Assembly: GCA_044221725.1 (NCBI GenBank)
Contig: JBGAON010000002.1
Span: 288,001-352,000, forward strand
Length of the DNA stretch: 64,000 bases
Direction: 5' to 3'
DNA from: Elusimicrobiota bacterium
Lineage (GTDB): Bacteria; Elusimicrobiota; Elusimicrobia; F11
The position numbers and the translations under genes are program-made. The notes under the pieces were generated by a model. It ran no database searches, was not told the DNA's origin, and was given only the letters and a program-made list of their open reading frames with translations. Below are positions 50,482 to 59,400 of this stretch, in pieces. How positions within the stretch are numbered: position 1 is the first letter of the stretch; every line of letters begins with the position of its first letter.

Positions 50482-51738
50482 ATGAAATATCACGTCAAGG
50501 ACACGAAGTTAAGTAAGGAAGGGCAGCGCCGCATTGACTGGGCCGAGCGTGAAATGCCGGTTCTTCGTTCTATTCGCGAACGATTCGCGAAGCAAAAGCC
50601 GCTCAAAGGTGTGCGGATTTCTGCCTGTTTGCATGTGACAACCGAGACCGCGAACCTTATGATCACATTAAAAGCGGGCGGCGCAAACGTCACGGTCTGC
50701 GCATCCAATCCGCTCTCCACGCAAGACGATGTTGCCGCGGCGCTCTCGACGATCCATGGAATTCCGACGTTTGCGATTAAGGGCGAAGACAACAAGACCT
50801 ACTATTCGCACCTTGAAGCAGCGATCAAAGCGCGCCCACAAGTGACGATGGACGACGGCGCGGATTTGGTGGGCCTCTTGCATACCAAGCTGCGCAATTA
50901 TTTGGACGGTGTGCAGGGCGGCACCGAGGAAACCACGACGGGCGTCATTCGACTTCGCGCGATGGAACATGACGGGACGCTGCAGTATCCCATCGTTGCG
51001 ATTAACGATGCGGACACGAAGCACATGTTTGACAACCGCTATGGGACCGGCCAATCCACTATTGACGGCATAACGCGCGCCACGAATGTTTTGTTCGCAG
51101 GAAAAACGGTGGTTGTGGTTGGTTACGGATGGTGTGGCCGCGGCGTTGCTAGCCGGGCCAAAGGTTTGGGCGCTCGCACAATCGTGACCGAAATTGATCC
51201 ATTAAAAGGGCTCGAGGCGGTCATGGATGGCTTTGAAGTGATGCCCATGAAAAACGCGGCACGGATCGGCGACGTTTTCGTGACACTGACCGGAAACAAG
51301 CATGTTTTGCGTGGTGAACATTTCCAGGTCATGAAAGACGGGGCGATCATCTGCAATTCGGGCCATTTTAACGTTGAAATCGATATACCAGCATTACGAA
51401 AATTGGCGGTGTCGGTTAAACCGGTCCGGGAATTTGTCGATGAGTACCGTTTGAAAAATAAAAGGAAAATCCACTTGTTAGCCGAGGGAAGACTGATTAA
51501 CCTTTCAGCAGCCGAAGGGCATCCGGCCAGCGTGATGGATATGTCGTTCGCGAACCAGGCGCTTTCGGTTGAGTACATGCTGAACAATCACAGCGGTCTT
51601 GACCGAAAAGTTTACGATGTACCGAAGCCGATTGATCGCGAAGTATCCCGGCTCAAGCTAAAGTCGATGGGAATGAGCCTTGATACTCTTACTCCGGAGC
51701 AGGAGAAGTACCTGAACAGCTGGCAGGAGGGCACCTAA
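50482..51738 (+). CDS. ahcY: Adenosylhomocysteinase
   Basis: [37 protein letters not shown] and [14 protein letters not shown] 50482 follows AAGGA. Confidence 0.96.
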   Translation: MKYHVKDTKLSKEGQRRIDWAEREMPVLRSIRERFAKQKPLKGVRISACLHVTTETANLMITLKAGGANVTVCASNPLSTQDDVAAALSTIHGIPTFAIKGEDNKTYYSHLEAAIKARPQVTMDDGADLVGLLHTKLRNYLDGVQGGTEETTTGVIRLRAMEHDGTLQYPIVAINDADTKHMFDNRYGTGQSTIDGITRATNVLFAGKTVVVVGYGWCGRGVASRAKGLGARTIVTEIDPLKGLEAVMDGFEVMPMKNAARIGDVFVTLTGNKHVLRGEHFQVMKDGAIICNSGHFNVEIDIPALRKLAVSVKPVREFVDEYRLKNKRKIHLLAEGRLINLSAAEGHPASVMDMSFANQALSVEYMLNNHSGLDRKVYDVPKPIDREVSRLKLKSMGMSLDTLTPEQEKYLNSWQEGT

Positions 51739-51760
51739 CTTGACGTAAGGAGAGCTTCTC

Positions 51761-52684
51761 ATGAGCCAATCTGGAAAAGTTGGTGGAAGTATATGTCTCA
51801 GTTTGTTGGTCGCACTACTTACCTTTACAGGTTGTGAAAATGGGAACCTCTTTGGAAAGATTCACAAATCGGGCAGCGGGAACGATCCCGTTTCGCTCGT
51901 GTCGGACGCAGAAAGTGCTTACCGTGCCGGCGATTATAGCCGCTCCCTCGAACTTTACAATCAAGCGCTTGAACACGATCCGTCCAATGTCGCAGCGCTC
52001 TATGGTGCCGCGGCAGCCGCCACCGCCGGTGCCGGTCTTAACCTCACACTCATTTCGAATGTTTTAAAACAGACGTCCACCGCTTCCTCGGTCCGTGGCA
52101 TGGGCGACTTGGTCGCTCGCGGTCGTGTGGGCGGAGGGGGAACGGTTTCCACAAGAGACATTCTTAGTGGAATCAATACAACCGCTTTAAAAGCCGTTTT
52201 GGACCTCGCCATCTGCCGCTTACAGAAAATCGCGTCCGGCATTACGACCGAGACGGCGCCCAAAAAAGACCTGGACCTCCTTATTAATTATGCGGTGCTT
52301 CGATTGCTGCGGGCGGTGATCACCGCGAAAGACAATGATCTGTTGGTCGTGAACAACGCGAACGGAACCTATTCCATCGCTGCTGGCGCTGTCGTGGCGG
52401 GCGGATGCGTAAGCCTCACGCAGGCCCAAAGCGATGCGCTCGTGAGTATTGCGACCGACCTTGCTTTGACCTACGAAATCCTCGCCACCGCTGTCGCCAA
52501 TTCCTCGGCGAATTCGAGCCTGCTCGCGGATATCCGTGACGATATGGCCACCGTGAACGAACAGTTGCTAACCGCGGGTTCAACAATTCCTCAGGCATGC
52601 ATCAATCCGATTAATGCAGCCGGCATCACGCTGGCGAACTTCACCAGCTACACCGGCGCGTTCGTACCGCCGACCGGCTGTTAA
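51761..52684 (+). CDS. Lipoprotein with TPR-like repeat
   Basis: Lipobox-like LTFTG-C and the TPR AYRAGDYSRSLELYNQALEHDPSN. RBS AAGGAG. Confidence 0.7.
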   Translation: MSQSGKVGGSICLSLLVALLTFTGCENGNLFGKIHKSGSGNDPVSLVSDAESAYRAGDYSRSLELYNQALEHDPSNVAALYGAAAAATAGAGLNLTLISNVLKQTSTASSVRGMGDLVARGRVGGGGTVSTRDILSGINTTALKAVLDLAICRLQKIASGITTETAPKKDLDLLINYAVLRLLRAVITAKDNDLLVVNNANGTYSIAAGAVVAGGCVSLTQAQSDALVSIATDLALTYEILATAVANSSANSSLLADIRDDMATVNEQLLTAGSTIPQACINPINAAGITLANFTSYTGAFVPPTGC

Positions 52685-52699
52685 TAAGGAGCCCGTTCC

Positions 52700-54127
52700 A
52701 TGAAGACCCTAACCACTCACAGAATTGTTGCTGCCGGACTTTTTGCGTCGTTGTCCGTGCTGCCGAATTTTTCCTATTCCTCCGAGGCGCCGGCCTTTGT
52801 GCAATTCGTGCGGCCTCTCGGTATGGGCGGCGCTTTTACGGCCGTGGCGGACGATCAAAATATCTTCTCGTTTAATCCGGCGGGCATGGTGCAGCGCACG
52901 GGCGCCCAGTTGACGATTCTGGAATTGGCGGTGGGCGGTGCAAAAGACACAAAGGAATTTTTTGACTTCGTTAAAGACAACAAAGACGATCTCAAGGACA
53001 TTCAGAACAGCCCGCGCCGAGACGAATTGCTGAACGAAATTCAGACGAACATTTCGAACCTGCGGCCGCGTATTTACGCGGCAGCCGATGTCGCCTCCTA
53101 TGTTTCGGGGCCTCGTGCGTTCGGACTTCCGATGCACGTCGGATTTGGCGCGTTTGGAGTGGTCGACGCAAAATTTCGTATGGGCATCGGTGCCGGCGGA
53201 ATCCCAAACATTTCTTATGCCGTGAACAGCGACGCCATCATTCCGTTATCGCTCGCGCACCGATGGAACGCGCCGTGGGTAATTCCCGGAAAAATTGGAT
53301 TCGGAATCACCGGAAAATACATCCGGCGCGCACAGATTGCGCAGGACCGATTGAGCGTCGTTGGTCTCGATAATTACGATGCGCCGCCCCTAAACACCGG
53401 GCACGGATTTGGAACGGACGTGGGAATGCTGTATCAGCCAACGAATCGAACGAATATTGGGCTCATGGTTCAAGATTTCCTCGGCACAAAGATAAAATTT
53501 GATGCGCTCGCTGCGGAAAAAGGTTATCCGGCGGTGGAAGCCCGCGAAAGCGTCATTCGTCCGCAAACAAACGTGGGCGTGGCGCTCGTTCCCGCAAAGC
53601 TCTTATGGCTTGTTCCGACGAGCGATCGTTGGACGTTTTCCGCCGATGTGCGTGATGTTTTCGCGAACCAAGAGCATATTGTATTTCAGGAAGGCTTTCA
53701 TAAAGTCATTGGCGAGGATTTTTATACGCATCTGCATCTTGGAGCCGAGTTTCGCTACTGGTTCCTGCGGTTTCGCGGAGGGGCTTATCAAGGTTATCCG
53801 ACCCTCGGGCTCGGATTGGACATTCCGGTGTTAAAACTTGATTTTGCGTATTACTCGCGTGAATTGGGCGCGCACGCCGGAGACATTCGCGAGCAAAATT
53901 ACGTCGCGTCGTTGGCGCTTCGGTTTGGATCAGGAAACACCGAATCGCGCGAGCGGATTACAAAACTCAAAGAATCGAAGAAGATGAAACAAGACGCAGC
54001 GCCCGAGGAAGAAACCGAAGTGGCACCAGCGCCAGCCGAAAAAGCACCGGCCGCGACACAACCGGCACCGGCCAAAAAGGCAAACGATAAGAAACTGAGA
54101 CTCTCGGACGATTCAATTCCGAACTGA
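52700..54127 (+). CDS. Outer-membrane beta-barrel, PorV/FadL/TraF-like, with Pro/Ala/Lys-rich tail
   Basis: Signal peptide, RPLGMGGAFTAVADD...NPAG motif and amphipathic strands (GFGTDVGMLY, LHLGAEF, LGLGL, LDFAY). Confidence 0.7.
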   Translation: MKTLTTHRIVAAGLFASLSVLPNFSYSSEAPAFVQFVRPLGMGGAFTAVADDQNIFSFNPAGMVQRTGAQLTILELAVGGAKDTKEFFDFVKDNKDDLKDIQNSPRRDELLNEIQTNISNLRPRIYAAADVASYVSGPRAFGLPMHVGFGAFGVVDAKFRMGIGAGGIPNISYAVNSDAIIPLSLAHRWNAPWVIPGKIGFGITGKYIRRAQIAQDRLSVVGLDNYDAPPLNTGHGFGTDVGMLYQPTNRTNIGLMVQDFLGTKIKFDALAAEKGYPAVEARESVIRPQTNVGVALVPAKLLWLVPTSDRWTFSADVRDVFANQEHIVFQEGFHKVIGEDFYTHLHLGAEFRYWFLRFRGGAYQGYPTLGLGLDIPVLKLDFAYYSRELGAHAGDIREQNYVASLALRFGSGNTESRERITKLKESKKMKQDAAPEEETEVAPAPAEKAPAATQPAPAKKANDKKLRLSDDSIPN

Positions 54128-54137
54128 GGAGCGAACG

Positions 54138-55229
54138 CTAAGCCGATCGTCGCATTCGAATCCAGAGGATGGTTCCGATTGCGATAAACACGACGTTGCC
54201 AAGCCAGGCTCCAGCCCAGGGTGGAATCAAACGTTGCGCCATGGCTTTACCGAACTGCATGAAACCCAGATAGAACAGCGTTAGGATTCCTGCCGCCGCA
54301 ATGCCCATCGCGTGACTGCCCTTGCTTTGCAGCGCGAGCGGTACGCCGAGAAACGTGACCACAAAACATGCAAACGGAAATGCCAGTTTTGTCATGAGTT
54401 CCACTTCGAGCGGCCGCACGGGAACACCGAGATCTTCCAAATGACGAATGTGTCGACGGAGTTTTTTAAAATTCATTTCTTCCGGCTGCGGTTCTTGAAT
54501 CACGAAATCCGAGGGCTTTTCAGAGAAAAAGAAAATTTCACTATCGAATTTTCGAACCGTGTCGATGGTCACATTGTTTTCTTTAAACGTTCGAACAACG
54601 CCATCTTTGAAAACCCACCCTTGTTTGGTCCATTTGGCGGATTCAGCATCAATCTGGGGGCCCATTTGCGGCGTCGCGTCACGTCGATACGTGTCGACGA
54701 CAACACGCGTCAATATCCCGGTTGACTCGTCCATCGTTTGCACGGTCCAAAGGCGTCCCTCGGAGCCCGCGACCACCAAATTCTTGAACACCGACTGCTG
54801 CCATTCACCCAGGCGGCGAATCTTCTCCCGAAAGACCGTTCGTGCGTATTCGGTGGCGGGAGGAATAAATGTCTCGTTGGAGATCAGCGCAACGAGGGAA
54901 ATTGTAAGGCCGGCCCAGAAAAGCCCCGAAAGAAATTTTTCTGGCGCCAGGCCACCGGCGAGTCCCGCAATATATTCGCGCGACCGCGCAAGGCTTCCGA
55001 CCACAAACAGCGTGGCCAAAAGGCAGGCCACCGGCAAAATTTGCAGCGCTTGGAATGGCAGGGACGTGATAAGAAATCCGATAACGTGCCCAAGGCTCAC
55101 ACCTTCGGCCAGAAAACGATCGAGTCGGTCAAAAATCTGCGAAACAAAGATCAAACAGCACAGCGCGGCGAACGAAGCGAGAAACGGTCGAACGAAACGT
55201 TTGATGATGTAGAGATTCAGAATGCTCAT
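54138..55229 (-). CDS. lptG: LPS export ABC permease LptG-like
   Basis: 3 TMs, a periplasmic beta domain and 3 TMs. LARSREY, KLAFPFAC and AWLGN motifs. Paired with lptF. Confidence 0.8.
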   Translation of the reverse strand: MSILNLYIIKRFVRPFLASFAALCCLIFVSQIFDRLDRFLAEGVSLGHVIGFLITSLPFQALQILPVACLLATLFVVGSLARSREYIAGLAGGLAPEKFLSGLFWAGLTISLVALISNETFIPPATEYARTVFREKIRRLGEWQQSVFKNLVVAGSEGRLWTVQTMDESTGILTRVVVDTYRRDATPQMGPQIDAESAKWTKQGWVFKDGVVRTFKENNVTIDTVRKFDSEIFFFSEKPSDFVIQEPQPEEMNFKKLRRHIRHLEDLGVPVRPLEVELMTKLAFPFACFVVTFLGVPLALQSKGSHAMGIAAAGILTLFYLGFMQFGKAMAQRLIPPWAGAWLGNVVFIAIGTILWIRMRRSA

Positions 55230-56320
55230 TGATTAAGCAGTCTCCGCAACAGGAAGAGCGACGTGAAAAGGCACGTTAAATTGCCCAGCCACAACGCGAA
55301 ATCCGATTGCAAAATTCCTTTCTCTGCCATCGTTAAACCAAAAATGAGCAGCGTGTAGTAGGTGAATATCACGACGATTGACACGCCAAAGCCAAACCCT
55401 TTTCCTCCGCGCCGCAGCGCCGTGGCCAGCGGAATTCCGACAAGCGCGAGCGCGACGGGGGCAAACGCGATCGCAATGCGCAAACTTCGTTCCGCTTCTA
55501 GGGCGCTCGCTGACAATCCTTGTTTCTTCATATCGTCAATCATTTTCGAAAGGTCGGTGCTCGAAATGTTTCGGAAGCGCGTGCTTTGACTGATGGCCTC
55601 ACGGTTGACCGGAAGCGTAATTCGATAGGTGTCAAACGATACGTGAATAAGGTTGTGAGAATCGGCGCCGTCGTAACGCTGCATTTGTCCGTCGGTCAAA
55701 TCGAGATGGTACGCGTCGGGATCCGCGCGCAGCGCGCCGGTTTTCGCATAAATGCGTTCGGGAGGACGGTCCGGATCGCTTGTTTGGAAAACAAACAAAT
55801 CGCGCAGTTGTTGAGACTTTTTGTCGACCGATTGAGCAAATAGCTTTACATTTTTGACCGAAAAGAATTTTCGCGGTTGAATGTTAATGAGCGGATCCGC
55901 GTTCGCGATTTCTTCGTAGAGCTGGCGAAAACCGCGGTTGGCCCAAGGCGCGACGCGCGTGTTGAATGGAATCATACCGGCGCTAATTGTAAACGCGAAA
56001 AGTATTGGGAGCCAAAGAACTTTAAAAAGAGAGATGCCGGCAGCGCGCACGGCGGTGAGTTCATTTTCTTCTGAGAGACGACCAAAGGTGACCAAGCACG
56101 CGAGCAAGCACGCCATCGGAAGCGTGAGCGGAAGGATGGTTGGAATGAACAAACCGAACAAATGGCCAACCATTCCAATCGCGACGCCTTTGTTGAACAC
56201 GAGATCGATAATGTCAAACAAGCGGTCCAGCAAAAGAACGAACATAAATAAGCCGGATCCGAATAAAAAAGGCGGGAGAAATTGGCGAAAAAAATAAAAG
56301 CTAAGTTGCATGGGGCTCAT
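55226..56320 (-). CDS. lptF: LPS export ABC permease LptF-like
   Basis: LPMACLLACLVTFGRLSEENELTAVRAAGISL signature, GIPLA and LWLGN. Confidence 0.85.
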   Translation of the reverse strand: MSPMQLSFYFFRQFLPPFLFGSGLFMFVLLLDRLFDIIDLVFNKGVAIGMVGHLFGLFIPTILPLTLPMACLLACLVTFGRLSEENELTAVRAAGISLFKVLWLPILFAFTISAGMIPFNTRVAPWANRGFRQLYEEIANADPLINIQPRKFFSVKNVKLFAQSVDKKSQQLRDLFVFQTSDPDRPPERIYAKTGALRADPDAYHLDLTDGQMQRYDGADSHNLIHVSFDTYRITLPVNREAISQSTRFRNISSTDLSKMIDDMKKQGLSASALEAERSLRIAIAFAPVALALVGIPLATALRRGGKGFGFGVSIVVIFTYYTLLIFGLTMAEKGILQSDFALWLGNLTCLFTSLFLLRRLLNQ

Positions 56321-56417
56321 GATAGTAAACCGACGAGCGGGACTCGGTCCGAATTTAAAATCGCCTTGAAAACTCGAGGGTATGATGATACGCTGAAATT
56401 ACGGACAGGACCTGAAC

Positions 56418-59400
56418 TTGCGTCATCTCGTGCCATCTTTTGCTCGGTTTTATTTGCTGATTTTGGTCGGCTTTTTTTTTGTGCTGACCTCGTTTCGAAC
56501 TACCTCCTACGCTGATCCCAAAAATAGATTCTCCATTGGTCCCTCGCTTGAAGAAGAGACAGCTCCCACCAAAGAGCCCGAGGAATCGTTTCGCTACACG
56601 CAAGACGATTGGAACCAAATGCGACGTGTGTTCGAAGGAGAAATTGCTCCGGTAACCGTTTCGTCCGCGACCGCGATAATTTCGTCGGGCGCTGTGGTGG
56701 CGCCCAAGCCGCCGCCGGGCCTTTTGAACGTCGACCTGCCTTACGAATCCTCGCTTTCCATTACCGGTCGCAAAGTGATCCGTCTCGATATTCAGAATAC
56801 GCACATCTCGTCCGAACGGGCTGCTGAGCTAGGGACGAAGCAAGACACGCAAAGTTTCAATATGCAGCAAGAGCTCCAGGCGCGCATTCAAGGGACCGTG
56901 GCGCGAAAAACAACGATCAACGTAAATTTTGATGACACGAAAGAAAACGTGAAAGATTTCTCGGTGGTTTATCGCGGCGACCCGGATGAGGTTGTCCAGG
57001 AAGCCGCCTTCGGTGATATCGTGCTGTCGCTACCATCCACCGAGTTTGTTAATTACAACAAGCAACTGTTCGGTATCCGCACCGCCCTAAAGTACAAACG
57101 CGCCGGGCTTATGGTCATCGGGTCGCGAACAAAAGGCACCACGGAAACGAAGCGTTTCACGGGCGCCACCACGCGGCAACAAAAGCGAATCAACGACACG
57201 GCCTACGACCAACGGCGGTTCTACGATCTAACGTTCGCCACCTCGCCCGCAATGTATCAGGGCAATCTTCTTAACAATCATCCACCGCTTCCCATCAACG
57301 GTACGGTTCCTGAAAGTGTGTACATCGAAGACACGACCGGGTTGAATCCTCTGGCAACGACGTATCTCGTGGCGACACCGACGGCTCCCGCTACGACCGC
57401 CATTTCGATTCGCATGCGGCAAATGTCGCCGGGTGTTGATTACAGCGTGGACCGCGTTCGCGGCATCATTACGTTTGTCAACCAGGTGCCGCTGGACGTG
57501 CGCGTTGCCATCGACTTCACGCTCGCCGATGGAACACGTCTGAGTTCGCTCGTGGCCGGTGGAATCGCGGTGCTCATCAAAGACAAACCGCCTGAGGCAC
57601 CGGGCGTCAGCCAAGAAATTAAGCGCTTCTATCGTTTGGGCGATAAAAATATTGTTCGCGACAATGGTCTCGGAAATTTTGCGTTCAAAGTGCTTGATAA
57701 GAACGGTGAAACCGAAATTGGCGATACGCTCGTGCCGCCGCAGCGCTATCCCGACACGATCGAAATGAAATTTGAAACCGGTGTGTTCGAACTTAAGAAT
57801 CCGCTCCCGTTTGGAGATTTGTACGCACCAAACGTCAATACGAACGCCCCGTTGCACGCCATTTTTTCGGTTGAATACCAATCCATCATTCGCACCTTTA
57901 CGTTGCGACCGAACATCGTGATTCAGTCCGAAACGGTGGAAGTGAACGGCCGTAAGGTCACACGCGATCTCGATTACTTCATCGATTACGACATCGGCAT
58001 CATTACGTTTTTTAATGAAGACCTCATCCGCGAATCAACGGTAATCGAGATCACTTACGAGTTCGCGCCGTTTGGTGGCGTGCTCGGCGAGACGTTGGTT
58101 GGCGCGCGCGGCACCTACGACCTCATGCAAGAAAAGAAAACCGGTTTCACGCAAATGGAAAAATGGACCGCGGGTTCCACGGTGCTTTATAATTTCGGCG
58201 CGAAACCGACCGGTCCGCCCGATATCCGCTCCACGCCATCCAGCCTGCTCGTCACCGAAGGAGACACGCAGCTCAAGGGAATAAAATTTGGAAGCATTCC
58301 GATTAAGACAAACGTATCGCTCGAAGCGGCTCGTTCCGATCAGAACCCAAATTTGTTCGGCAAAGCGATCATCGATTCCATGGAAGGCATCAAACAAGAA
58401 GATGCGTCGACCATGCTGCATGACGCGTGGCTGCCCGCCGCCAACCCCATTTCGGGAACGTCCAATACGGTCATGGATTTTCGGCGCCGCGACAATCGCG
58501 ACGGTCATTTGTGGTGGCAAGAAGTGGACGAAAATACGACCGATCCGACGGACGGCAGCGCCACGCAGAAGGTGTTGGAAGTTAATTACAACTTGAATCC
58601 AACGGGCGGATCGATCCCAAACTCGGTTCCCGAACAAGTGTCGTTGGTGAACGTGATTTCGCTCGGCGGCAGAGACTTTTCCAAGAAGACCACGCTCGAA
58701 GTTGAAGTCGAGGGCGCCGGAGCCGAGGGCCAGAATGTCGAGCTGCAGATCGATTACGGAACGTTCAACGAGGACGCTGATGGAGACGGGAAATTGGACA
58801 CCGAGGACCAAATTCCTTTCGATGGAATTCTCAACCTCGGCGAAGACACCGGCTACGATTTTAATGGTCCCGCAGGCCCGTTTGTTATTGGTGCGAACAA
58901 CGGTCGTTTGGATAGCGAAGATTTAAACGGCGACCATGTTTTGACGACCGCGGATACCGCGGTCACCTTTAAACCGCTGTTCTGGTTGTCGGCATCTCAA
59001 GGTCAAACGGATACCGGTGGGCACTTCACGACGGATCTCAGTTTTCCGACCACCGAACGGCGGCTGTTCCAAATTCCTCTGAACATCAACCAACTTTCCG
59101 AAGAAGAAAAAGCGCGGTTTACCTCGGTCAAACAAGTTCGCGTTACCATTCGCAACACGACCCCTGGCGTGACCAAGCAAGGGCGGATTCATATCGTGCG
59201 CTTGGCTATTGTCGGAAATACTTACGAACCGGCCACCATCAGCGGCTCCCTGTCCAGTACGATGACCGTGCGAGCCGTGAACAACAAAGACGATCCTGGC
59301 TATGGCACGCTCGCCACCAATCCAGCGTATCAAGATCTCTATAAGGGAGCGGCCCCGTCCTCTGATGCCAAAGAGCAGGCGTTGTCGCTCGATTACAGCA

